The notes below the pieces were generated by a model. That model saw only the letters and a program-made list of their open reading frames with translations, ran no database searches and was not told the origin of the DNA. A stretch of DNA of 64,000 nucleotides from Nemertoderma westbladi (taxonomy: Eukaryota; Animalia; Xenacoelomorpha), in NCBI GenBank assembly GCA_032718475.1, contig JAUCBJ010001293.1, forward strand, positions 3,432-67,431, written 5' to 3'. Shown piece after piece: positions 39,601 through 53,000 of the stretch (its first letter is position 1; every line of letters starts with the position of its first letter). Both the position numbers and the translations under genes were made by a program.

Positions 39601-42600
39601 GACCCTACACTATACCCATTTGACCCTACACTATACCCATTCGACCCCACACTATACCAATTTGACCCTACACTATACCCATTTGACCCTACACTATACC
39701 CATTCGACCCCACACTACACCCATTTGACCCTACACTATACCCATTTGACCCTACACTATACCCATTTGACCCTACACTATACCCATTTGACCCTACACT
39801 ATACCCATTTGACCCTACACTATACCCATTCGACCCCACACTACACCCATTCGACCCCACACTACACCCATTTGACCCTACACTATACCCATTTGACCCT
39901 ACACTATACCCATTCGACCCCACACTATACCCATTTGACCCTACACTATACCCATTTGACCCTACACTATACCCATTCGACCCCACACTATACCCATTTG
40001 ACCCTACACTATACCCATTTGACCCTACACTATACCCATTCGACCCCACACTACACCCATTTGACCCTACACTATACCCATTTGACCCTACACTATACCC
40101 ATTTGACCCTACACTATACCCATTTGACCCTACACTATACCCATTTGACCCTACACTATACCCATTCGACCCCACACTACACCCATTCGACCCCACACTA
40201 CACCCATTTGACCCTACACTATACCCATTTGACCCTACACTATACCCATTTGACCCTACACTATACCCATTTGACCCTACACTATACCCATTTGACCCTA
40301 CACTATACCCATTTGACCCTACACTATACCCATTCGACCCTACACTATACCCATTCGACCCTACACTATACCCATTTGACCCTACACTATACCCATTTGA
40401 CCCTACACTATACCCATTCGACCCCACACTATACCCATTTGACCCTACACTATACCCATTCGACCCTACACTATACCCATTTGACCCTACACTATACCCA
40501 TTCGACCCTACACTATACCCATTTGACCCTACACTATACCCATTTGACCCTACACTATACCCATTTGACCCTACACTATACCCATTCGACCCTACACTAT
40601 ACCCATTTGACCCTACACTATACCCATTTGACCCTACACTATACCCATTCGACCCCACACTATACCCATTTGACCCTACACTATACCCATTTGACCCTAC
40701 ACTATACCCATTTGACCCTACACTATATCCATTGGACCCCACACTTCAATACCCATTTGACCCTACACTATACCCATTTGACCCTACACTATACCCATTC
40801 GACCCTACACTATACCCATTTGACCCTACACTATACCCATTTGACCCTACACTATACCCATTCGACCCCACACTATACCCATTTGACCCTACACTATACC
40901 CATTTGACCCTACACTATACCCATTTGACCCTACACTATATCCATTGGACCCCACACTTCAATACCCATTTGACCCTACACTATACCCATTCGACCCCAC
41001 ACTATACCCATTTGACCCTACACTATACCCATTTGACCCTACACTATACCCATTCGACCCCACACTACACCCATTTGACCCTACACTATACCCATTTGAC
41101 CCTACACTATACCCATTTGACCCTACACTATACCCATTTGACCCTACACTATACCCATTTGACCCTACACTATACCCATTCGACCCCACACTACACCCAT
41201 TCGACCCCACACTACACCCATTTGACCCTACACTATACCCATTTGACCCTACACTATACCCATTTGACCCTACACTATACCCATTTGACCCTACACTATA
41301 CCCATTCGACCCTACACTATACCCATTTGACCCTACACTATACCCATTTGACCCTACACTATACCCATTCGACCCCACACTATACCCATTTGACCCTACA
41401 CTATACCCATTTGACCCTACACTATACCCATTTGACCCTACACTATATCCATTGGACCCCACACTTCAATACCCATTTGACCCTACACTATACCCATTTG
41501 ACCCTACACTATACCCATTCGACCCTACACTATACCCATTTGACCCTACACTATACCCATTTGACCCTACACTATACCCATTTGACCCTACACTATACCC
41601 ATTTGACCCTACACTATACCCATTTGACCCCACACTATACCCATTTGACCCTACACTATACCCATTTGACCCTACACTATACCCATTTGACCCTACACTA
41701 TACCCATTCGACCCCACACTATACCCATTTGACCCTACACTATACCCATTTGACCCTACACTATACCCATTTGACCCTACACTATATCCATTGGACCCCA
41801 CACTTCAATACCCATTTGACCCTACACTATACCCATTTGACCCTACACTATACCCATTCGACCCTACACTATACCCATTTGACCCTACACTATACCCATT
41901 TGACCCTACACTATACCCATTCGACCCCACACTATACCAATTTGACCCTACACTATACCCATTTGACCCTACACTATACCCATTCGACCCCACACTATAC
42001 CCATTTGACCCTACACTATACCCATTTGACCCTACACTATACCCATTTGACCCTACACTATACCCATTTGATACTACACTATACACATTCGACCCCACAC
42101 TATACCCATTTGACCCTACACTATACCCATTCGACCCCACACTACACCCATTTGACCCTACACTATACCCATTTGACCCTACACTATACCCATTTGACCC
42201 TACACTATACCCATTTGACCCTACACTATACCCATTCGACCCCACACTATACCCATTTGACCCTACACTATACCCATTAGACCCTACACTATACCCATTT
42301 GACCCTACACTATACCCATTTGACCCTACACTATACCCATTTGACCCTACACTATACCCATTCGACCCCACACTATACCCATTTGACCCTACACTATACC
42401 CATTCGACCCCACACTACACCCATTTGACCCTACACTATACCCATTTGACCCTACACTATACCCATTTGACCCTACACTATACCCATTTGACCCTACACT
42501 ATACCCATTCGACCCCACACTATACCCATTTGACCCTACACTATACCCATTAGACCCTACACTATACCCATTTGACCCTACACTATACCCATTTGACCCT

Positions 42601-44608
42601 ACACTATACCCATTTGACCCTACACTATACCCATTCGACCCTACACTATACCCATTCGACCCCACACTATACCCATTTGACCCTACACTATACCCATTTG
42701 ACCCTACACTATACCCATTCGACCCTACACTATACCCATTTGACCCTACACTATACCCATTTGACCCTACACTATACCCATTCGACCCCACACTACACCC
42801 ATTTGACCCTACACTACACCCATTTGACCCTACACTATACCCATTTGACCCTACACTATACCCATTTGACCCTACACTATACCCATTTGACCCTACACTA
42901 TACCCATTCGACCCCACACTATACCCATTCGACCCTACACTATACCCATTTGACCCTACACTATACCCATTTGACCCTACACTATACCCATTCGACCCTA
43001 CACTATACCCATTTGACCCTACACTATACCCATTTGACCCTACACTATACACTATACCCATTCGACCCTACACTATACCCATTCGACCCCACACTATACC
43101 CATTTGACCCTACACTATACCCATTTGACCCTACACTATACCCATTCGACCCTACACTATACCCATTTGACCCTACACTATACCCATTTGACCCTACACT
43201 ATACCCATTCGACCCTACACTATACCCATTTGACCCTACACTATACCCATTTGACCCTACACTATACCCATTTGACCCTACACTATACCCATTCGACCCT
43301 ACACTATACCCATTTGACCCTACACTATACCCATTTGACCCTACACTATACCCATTCGACCCTACACTATACCCATTTGACCCTACACTATACCCATTTG
43401 ACCCTACACTATACCCATTTGACCCTACACTATACCCATTTGACCCTGCACTATATCCATTGGACCCCACACTTCAATACCCATTTGACCCTACACTATA
43501 CCCATTTGACCCTACACTATACCCATTTGACCCTACACTATATCCATTGGACCCCACACTTCAATACCCATTTGACCCTACACTATACCCATTTGACCCT
43601 ACACTATACCCATTCGACCCTACACTATACCCATTTGACCCTACACTATACCCATTTGACCCTACACTATACCCATTCGACCCCACACTATACCCATTTG
43701 ACCCTACACTATACCCATTTGACCCTACACTATACCCATTCGACCCTACACTATACCCATTTGACCCTACACTATACCCATTCGACCCCACACTATACCA
43801 ATTTGACCCTACACTATACCCATTTGATACTACACTATACCCATTTGATACTACACTATACCCATTTGACCCTACACTATATCCATTGGACCCCACACTT
43901 CAATACCCATTTGACCCTACACTATACCCATTTGACCCTACACTATACCCATTCGACCCTACACTATACCCATTTGACCCTACACTATACCCATTTGACC
44001 CTACACTATACCCATTCGACCCTACACTATACCCATTTGACCCTACACTATACCCATTTGACCCTACACTATACCCATTCGACCCTACACTATACCCATT
44101 TGACCCTACACTATACCCATTTGACCCTACACTATACCCATTTGACCCTACACTATACCCATTTGACCCTACACTATACCCATTTGACCCTACACTATAC
44201 CCATTTGACCCTACACTATACCCATTCGACCCTACACTATACCCATTCGACCCTACACTATACCCATTCGACCCCACACTATACCCATTTGACCCTACAC
44301 TATACCCATTCGACCCTACACTATACCCATTTGACCCTACACTATACCCATTTGACCCTACACTATACCCATTCGACCCCACACTATACCCATTTGACCC
44401 TACACTATACCCATTTGACCCTACACTATACCCATTTGACCCTACACTATATCCATTGGACCCCACACTTCAATACCCATTTGACCCTACACTATACCCA
44501 TTTGACCCTACACTATACCCATTCGACCCCACACTATACCCATTTGACCCTACACTATACCCATTTGACCCTACACTATACCCATTCGACCCCACACTAC
44601 ACCCATTT
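36660..44608. repeat. 21-bp satellite (ccctacactatacccatttga)n, ~7.9 kb, ~375 copies with recurrent variant units
   Basis: Direct periodicity. Variants tcgacccc, gatacta and the 24-bp ggaccccacacttcaata recur. The long ORFs here arise because several frames of the unit have no stop codon. Confidence 0.98.
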
Positions 44609-46129
44609 GGCAATAGGAACAAAATTCGCAAAATATCAATAGGAACAAAATTCGCGCCACCGTTCAAGGATTAGTTACACCAACAGACACAGCGATGTTG
44701 AAATCGTGGGAACTGTATGATAAGCACGCTCGCTAACTTTAGTCTAGTAGTCAAGTAGACAGTACCGACCACCGTTCAAATTGGGTATGACTGCAGTTTT
44801 TTTTGCTGAAAGTGTTAACTTGTATAAACCATTTGAAATTATGTTATATTTCACATAGTCCGCATTGAGCAATTTTTTCTAGAACACTATTTATCTTAAC
44901 GACAGATTTTTTACATAGCAACAATAATGAATTAACACGCAGGGGTATATTTATCTATTTAGACAATGGTCAATCATAAATAAGGAGAAACCAAGCTCGA
45001 GAAAATAAAAATGTAAGGAATAAGGATTATGTTTGCAGTTATGAGTTACAAATTTTGTAACATTGCAGTGTTATGGCAAACACTGTTACTGGTAGTGAAC
45101 TTGTAATACATACAAGGCTCGGTGTGCAATTTGGAGCTCATCACTGTGGCCAAGTAATGCACCGACATATCTGTCTGTCAGGAATATATGCTGTCAGCAC
45201 CCTAACTCTCGCTAGACATGTATCCTCAAGAACTGGTGGAAAATATGTTGGAAATATGTTAATTCGAATGTGGACTTTGTGGCCGACGCATTTATGGACA
45301 GAATGGCGCAGGTTTATCCTTAACGAAGTAGCAGTGGTTACCCAAACTGAGATGTTGTTTCTGTAAGGTGATGTCCGGTATTACCAGTGGACCGTGAAAT
45401 AAAAGGTGGAAGATTGTCGATGAAACAACTTCTGCATTTGCAGTAATTACTTTTAGTTGAATGTTTGATAATATATTTATTTACACGTTATCACAGTCCT
45501 TGTTCGCACACTTGCAATAAAAATTGAAAGCCCAATTTACAAATTGCTCCCACATCCAACCAAAGTTTATAGGCTATAGTAGCGGCTGCCGGCTGCATAT
45601 TATCTACAGCCGCTCTCCAGAATAATACTTGCGAGCCCGCTCTTCTTATATTCATTCTTGACTGCTGCAGTTTCCTTTAATTCTAAATTTTACATCTGAA
45701 ATAAATAATACTTTCATTATATTTTGTGCAAGATAATTCGCAATGCTAGGTTAGCTTTGCAGGAATTAAAAGTTCTAGGAATTCGAATAATATATCAATA
45801 TCTGCATTATACAATAGTAAAAAAAACCAATCAAACAGTCGGACTGAAGGCATCTCTTCGAAGATAGGGATTTAGTCGCAATCAAAATTCATCCCTCTCC
45901 AGGGAAAAATCGACGCAAATAACAGCTGGATACTCCCAAAAATAAAACTGTAACCTGTTCTGTTGACTTTCGTTTATCATTTTGGTTAGAATAACGTGCC
46001 ACTGTAACATGCTTCTGTCTCCCTCTTCAGTAGCTGCTACCCGAAGGTATGACTGGTGCTACTCGTATCCCAAGGTTTGTTCCCAGTAATTCAACAGGTA
46101 CTCATTTTATCGACCCCAGTGAATGAAAG

Positions 46130-47250
46130 AAGGTCGAGCAGAATGAGAACCAACCTGTTGAAACTTAGAAAGACACTAAATATTGCTACAATGAACGCAC
46201 GCACTCTAAAACTGCTTATCAAACATTATTGCAGCTCTGGCAATGGAATATTACATCGACATCATTTGTATTCAAGAATATCAGATTAGTCATGAGACAT
46301 TGCCATCAAGTATAATGAATGACATTTGAAATGGACGTTTATAACGTCCATCCACTTCCAGTCTGCAAATTCAGCAGAAAGCAATTCGGTCAAAGTTTCA
46401 ATTGGTTGAGTATGAATTCTCCTAAGTCCATTTACACTTCTGACACTAAACCCCATCGAATATAAAAATTCCAGGATCATAAACTAATATAATTACAACA
46501 TTTTTGGTGGGAATCACAAGACAACAGCAATGTGTTGTTGCTACAGTCCAACCAACAATGCATCAGAGACAGAACAAACAGTCAAGGACTAGACGATTTG
46601 AAAGGGCTTATAAAGTCATTGATACCTACAAACACCACATTCGAAAAGAGTAAGGATGGACATTTAACTGCGAGGCATACAGTAGTCAGCTCGTTCAACC
46701 TAATTTGTTCGGACCAGACCAGACTGCAGAGCTCAGACTCAGTTTGAGAGCCAGTAAACTCAGGACAAGCAAGCAAATCAACTATAACTGGGAGAAACTC
46801 AGAACTGACAATGCAGTAAAGGAAGCTTACACAGTAGAAGTTCAAAACCGCAAGAGAGAAGATGTTAAGATACTCCTACTCCAAAGTAAAAACTGAACAA
46901 CCAACAGCCGAAAACATCAACAAGGTTGAGAAAGCTAAACAACTAGGCACCTGCCGAACTCCAAAGAAGTATTAAAAGCATGTCCAATTATAAAGCGAGT
47001 AGTGGATTAGGTGAAATCCCTGAAGAGGTATGGAAAACCGGAGTGCTAAAAAGACCATTTTCGGATGATTGCAACCGGATGTTAAAAGGGGACAATCCAC
47101 CACCAATTTGGACTAAAGGTCAACTAAAGCCTCTCCCCAAGAAAGGAGACCTCGGCATACCAACAAACTATCGTGGGATCTGTCTGCTTGTGGTAGCTGC
47201 CAAAATATGCAATAAAATGATTCTATATAGGATTAGGCCTCACTTAGAGA
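46130..47250 (+). pseudogene. Decayed RTE-type LINE ORF: APE endonuclease start and RT N-terminal part
   Basis: LNIATMNARTL; CCYSPTN; GEIPEEVWKTG; PLPKKGDLGIPTNYRGICLLVVAAKICNKMILYRIRPHLE. Many stops and frameshifts. Confidence 0.85.
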
Positions 47251-48328
47251 ATGTTGCTCTTTTATGTTGCGTTTTATTCACTTTTTTTTTTATATAGGCC
47301 TATGTTATAAACAAATAAAGTTGAAAAAATATTTCTTTCATAACAAAAAAAATCTGCCATATTTTAAAATAAATAAATAAAATCTGAAATATTAAAAAAA
47401 AATGAAATAATATTGTATAAATGTTGGGTAACGGCAATATGTTCCAGAACATTTATATGTATCAAAACTTAAAAATAGCTACAAAAAAAAGTATTATAAA
47501 ATGATCAATAATGCTTGATAGGGCCGCGGTGATGGAGACGTTTTAAAATTATTTTCCAACAACAATTGTAAAGCGAAAATACAAGTCTTTTTAAATATAA
47601 GTATTATACAATATTCTATATATTAAAAGGTGGTGTACATTAAGTATATTACCTTTAAAATTGACGTAACAACTTCGATAGAATCGGGTTCCCAAAATAG
47701 TTAGGTCTTCAAGCTCACCATCTCCCAAATCCAAATGAATCTTCAAATTTCCATCAAATTCTTCGTATCGCGGCAATCTTGTTTCGCAAATCAATGGCAA
47801 AAGTCCTTTCTCATATTGCTATCGCTGCATTTTTCTTGCGTTTCCAACTTTTGGATTTTTTGGATCTATCGCCTTACATAAGGCGGTAGATCCAGATAAG
47901 GCAATCTTTCTCAAACCTAAATGTCACTATTAATCACAATAATTTTTAATTATTTTAGTCAAAGCACTCGTTGCCTCCAACTCTCTTTAAGGTTATTTTC
48001 ATTGCCTAAATGTAACTTATTACTGCAATGTTTTGAATCATAAAAACATAATATTCTAGAATGTTTAATGTTGTTGCTAACACATTCTCTACATAGATTA
48101 ACATTTTTTTGGAAATTTTGTTATGATTTTATCCTCCAAACAAACGGCAATAAAAAAAATTGCTCAACCTTTCCCAAAGTCTTTATAGCGAAAATTTATT
48201 ATTATAATGTGGAACAACATCATGAGCAAATAAAATTGCAGTCATACGCTGGTGAACGGTTCGTCAGTAAAATGTACCAAGCGTCTACTCGACTATAGCT
48301 ACTGTAACTGCGGAAACTTAGATAAAGG

Positions 48329-48461
48329 AATGTTTAACCTGGTTGCCTAACAATAATATTGTTAGGCAACCAGGTTAAACATTAACAAAAATTAAATTTC
48401 ACCATAAAAAGGAGATAAGGATATTATCCTTATCTCCTTTTTATGGTGAAATTTAATTTTT
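48329..48461. repeat. Two adjacent perfect palindromes (55 bp, 48329-48383; 75 bp, 48387-48461), each with a 1-nt centre
   Basis: Arms of 27 and 37 bp checked base by base. Confidence 0.95.
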
Positions 48462-48799
48462 CAATTTAATTTTGCGAATATTTAATTTCGCTAATCACTT
48501 TAAGGTCCCTTTACTGCCGGAATTATGAAACCTTTGTAATAACAATTATTTTTTGGTCCGATTTTACTGCATTACACTTAAATAACATAAAAAATATAAA
48601 TATTACACTTATAAACGTTATTTTCAAGAACATATTATTTGGTATCGAATTCGATGCAATCGGCAAAAAAGTTATCTTTTTTATTTTGTTTTTTTAACAA
48701 ATATGCCGATTGTATCAAATTAGATACATATTTAATTTATTTGGAATCGCAGGCATATAGTGGTGTATTAGTCATTTAGTTGCTACATTTAGGTTACTA

Positions 48800-49655
48800 G
48801 TGATGGTACAACTGGGTTACGAACGAGGTTACAATTTGGTAATGTGTGAGGTTACAATTTGGTTACGAGTAAACTGGAACTGGTTTATGACGAGGTTGAC
48901 CTCGTTAACTGTGTCAGAAGTTGAGTTACAGTTCGGTCATGAGTGGGATACAGCTCGATCACAAGTGAGTAACAGCCTTGTTACGAGTAAGTTACAGCTC
49001 AGTCACAAGTGAGTTACAGCTTGGTCACAATTGAGTTACAGCTCGGTCATTATCACAGTTATGTTACAGCTCGGTCACAAGTCACAGCTCGGTCACAAGC
49101 AAGTCACAGCTCGGTCACAAGCAAGTCACAGATCGGTCACAATTGGGTTTTCAGCTCGGTCACAAGTGACTTACTGCTCAGTCACAAGTGAGTTACAGCT
49201 TGGTCACAATTGAGTTACAGCTTGGTCACAATTGAGTTACGCTTGGTCAGAAGAAAGTCACATCTCGGGCACAAGTGAGTTACAGCTCGGTAACAGGTGG
49301 GTTACAGCTCGGTCACAAGTGAGTTACAGCTCGGTAACAAGTGGGTCACAGCTCGGTTACTAATGAGTTGCAGCTCGGTCACAAGTGAGTTACAGCTCGG
49401 TAACAAGTGGATTACAACTCGGACACAAGTGAGTTTACAGCCCGGTCACAAGTGAGTTACAGCTCGGTAACAAGTCAGTAACAGCTCGGTCACAAGTGAA
49501 TTACAGCTCGGTCATTAATAAGTTACGGCTCGGTCACAAGTAAATTACAGCTCGTTTACACGTGAGTTACAGCTCGGTAACAAGTGGGTCACAGCTCGGT
49601 CACTAATGAGTCACGGCTCGGTTACAGGCGAGTTATGATCATGAGTGGGTTACTG
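48800..49655. repeat. Degenerate 22-bp tandem repeat (gagttacagctcggtcacaagt)n, ~35 copies
   Basis: Direct periodicity; built from two related 11-bp halves. Confidence 0.9.
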
Positions 49656-49959
49656 GCCTAGAGATGATCCTCCTTCATCAGGAATTGACCTGCCTTAGTG
49701 AGATTTTCAAATAAAATTAAGCCTATTGTATCTAATTTGATACATGTTATTAAATGATCTCAAATATTACTATTTACAGGGGTATTGTACGGAGCCCAGG
49801 AAGGGACATGAGAAAAATATTTTTCTAACACGAGTCCACGTGTTACTAACACGAGCCCTCGTGTTACTAACACGAGCCCACGTGTTACTAACACGAGCCC
49901 TCGTGTTAGTAACACGAGCCCTCATGATAGCTCCAACGACCATTTACGTTAATATTACA

Positions 49960-51106
49960 CGAAGTGGGGCCTTCGCGCAGCACGTGACTTAATTATACTT
50001 AGTTATACATTTCGCCCTCTAGCGGCAGACTGGAGGACTCCAGACCGTTTACTGCCCACCAAAGACTCAGGCCGACTTCTACTACATATCTGCTACGTTT
50101 CAGCTTGAACGGATCATAAATAACGAGATGGGAGAAAGATTTCACTTTCAAACATTTCGCCCTCTAGCGGCAGACTGAAGAACTGCACACGGATTAGCCT
50201 TTAATTCAATTCAATTCAATTCCTTCTTTCAAAGTCACAGCTAATGGTCTAGTACATATCTGCCAAATTTCAGCATAAATGGATTAAAAGCAAAGAAATG
50301 GGAGGACATTTAACGTTTAGACATGTGGCCCTCTAGCAGGAGACTATTGCTCTGATGGTGTCTGAAAGTCTCTCAAACGTCTCAACTTTAGCTCATATTG
50401 ATACCTACAAATTTTCAACTTGGCAGCTTTAAATCCGACAAAGTTATTAGCATGTCAAAATCGTAACGACGACAACGATTTCACTTTCAGACCTTTGGCC
50501 CTCTAGCGGCAGACTGGAGAACTGCAGATGGATTCGCCTCCTTTGAAAGTCACTGCTAATGGTCTAATACATATCTGCCAAGTTTCAGCTTAAACGGATT
50601 AAAAGCAAATAAATGGGAGGGCATTTAATGTTTAGACATGTGGCCCTCTAGCGGGAGACCATTGCACTGATGGTGTCTGAAAGTCTCTCAAAAATCTCAA
50701 CTTTTGCTCATATTGATACCTACAAATTTTCAACTTGGCAGCTTTAAATCCGACAAAGTTATTAGCATGTCAAAATCGTAACGACGACAACGATTTCACT
50801 TTCAGACCTTTGGCCCTCTAGCGGCAGACTGGAGAACTGCAGATGGATTCGCCTCCTTTGAAAGTCACAGCTAATGGTCTAATACATATCTGCCAAGTTT
50901 CAGCTTAAACGGATTAAAAGCAAAGAAATGGGAGGGCATTTAATGTTTAGACATGTGGCCCTCTAGCGGGAGACCATTGCACTGATGGTGTCTGAAAGTC
51001 TCTCAAAAATCTCAACTTTTGCTCATATTGATACCTACAAATTTTCAACTTGGCAGCTTTAAATCCGACAAAGTTATTAGCATGTCAAAATCGTAACGAC
51101 GACGAC

Positions 51107-51199
<93 letters not shown>

Positions 51200-51297
51200 A
51201 ACGACGACGACGACGACGACAACTATTTGCATAAATTGACCCACCCCCTAACAGTGTCAATTCGCTAAGGCTCCGCCAACTTCGTGGCTCGCCCCAC
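49960..51297 (+). mobile_element. Helentron/DINE-like element nested in the left TIR: three 315-bp units, (GAC)n of ~40 copies, end motif gctaaggctccgccaacttcgtggctcgccccac
   Basis: Splits the left TIR at aatattaca^aattt (intact in the right TIR) with no clear TSD. Period 315 (50461, 50776, 51091). Related ends at ~12570, ~13010, ~19510 and ~56935. Confidence 0.75.
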
Positions 51298-51501
51298 AAA
51301 TTTGGAGTTGTTTGATTGGTTGTAGTAACATAGGAGAACTAAATTGGAGGGAAATTAAAATTGTATCTCAGTGGTTCTTACGTTTCTGTTCTGTTCCTGT
51401 ATGTTCGTGTATGACAACAGTTCGAAGTTTCCCACTTAATTGAATTCGCAGTAATTCAACTTAGCAGCGCGAACTATTGCATGCCCAGCACATTTTGACA
51501 T

Positions 51502-52707
51502 ATGTGGCCCGATCAGTTAATGCCGCTTCGCAAAATTTATTTAGACCTTAGCATGCCTTATAAAGATATTTCGTCTGTACTTGCCAATGATCATGGGATA
51601 AGCATTGGTGAGCGACAACTAAAACGTTTATTTAGAGATTTCGGATTACAACGTCGAAATTACACACCATTGGAAGAAGTTGTAGAATTTATTAAAAATC
51701 AATTGGCTGGATCGGGAAGCATGCTGGGTTATAGAATGATGTTTGAAAAGTGTCGCCACAACGGCTTAGTTGTGAAAAAGGAGGACGTACAAAGAATTCT
51801 CAAGAAACTTGATACGCGAGGAGTCGAGCTTAGACAATCGCACCGACTTAAACGACGTTCATACTATGCCAGAGGTCCAAATTACCTCTGGGGCATTTGG
51901 ACGGCTATGATAAACTAAAACCGTTCGGTCTATGTATAAGCGGTTGCATAGATAGGTTTTCACGCAAGATTTTGTTCTTAGAAGTTTATAAAACCAATAA
52001 CAACCCAAAAATTATTGGTGGCTATTTTGTTGATTTAGTATCTCGCCTTGGTGGATGCCCTTTAATGGTCAGGGCAGACTACGGAACTGAAAACACCTAC
52101 GTGAGAAGCTTTCAGATGTTGTTTCGCCGCAATTGCACTGATGGCTTGGTAACCCGGGCGTATACAGACGGGCGCAGTACGGCAAATCAAAGAATCGAGA
52201 GTTGGTGGGGGGTTCTTCGGAAGGAGAACGCGCAGTTCTGGATAGAATTATTTAAAGAATTGCAGGCAGAATGTATCCTCCCCGGAGACTTTGTTTCAAA
52301 GGCTGTTGTTCAGTTCTGTTTTACTTCACTAATTCAAAACGAACTAGACACATTAGCATCAGTGTGGAACCACCATCTTATTCGTCCTTCAAGAAATCCC
52401 AACGTTCCAAGCGGTCGACCTTAATATTATGTATTGTTCGCCTAGCCTCTACCGTTGTGCTACCGAACAGCTCGTAACCGTAGCGCCTTCTGAAATTAAT
52501 ACCTGCTGCTCCAACGAATTATTCCGCTCATCAGCTATTCCTTGTGATGCCGATGTATATGAACTGTGCATTCAGTTAATGCGTGAGAATAACCTCCGAC
52601 TTCCTCTATCCGTAGACGACGCCGTGGAACTTTATCTCATCCTTCATAATGCAATTCGCGAACTTCTTGGAAACAACGTAAACGATATGTATACTGAGTC
52701 AGATTAA
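51502..52707 (+). pseudogene. DDE transposase with integrase-core (rve/IS3-like) domain and N-terminal HTH-like region, broken by two +1 frameshifts
   Basis: RLKRRSYYARGPNYLW / HLDGYDKLKPFGLCISGCIDRFSRKI / VRADYGTEN / STANQRIESWW / WNHHLIRPS..GRP / MYCSP. Removing one G at ~51893 and one T at ~52421 joins the three ORFs into ~400 aa. Confidence 0.9.
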
Positions 52708-53000
52708 CTAATTATTATTATAGTTGAGTATGATGTAGGTGTGTTTTTATGATATACTGTACTATAATTATTGACTGTATAGCGAGAATTAATTAATTTG
52801 ATAATCGATATAATTTATTTATATCAATAATCAACCATCAATCAACCCCCCCCCCCCGCCCCTCGTTCCTTTATTTATTATCGGAGATATCTATTTTAAA
52901 TTAAAATAATAAAATAATTACTGACCGTTTGCATTTGAATAATAAAAGTATGTTTAAAACACATGTTTACAATTTATTTATTAATTAATAATTTACATAC

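Noticed and set aside
36650-44674. Very long ORFs (up to 1443 aa) of FDPTLYP / LTLHYTH / GSNGYSV repeats
   Set aside because: They result from a 21-bp unit that is stop-free in several frames on both strands; mostly non-ATG starts and no unique domains.
51045-51299. Poly-Asp / poly-Arg ORFs
   Set aside because: They come from the (GAC)n microsatellite in the nested element.
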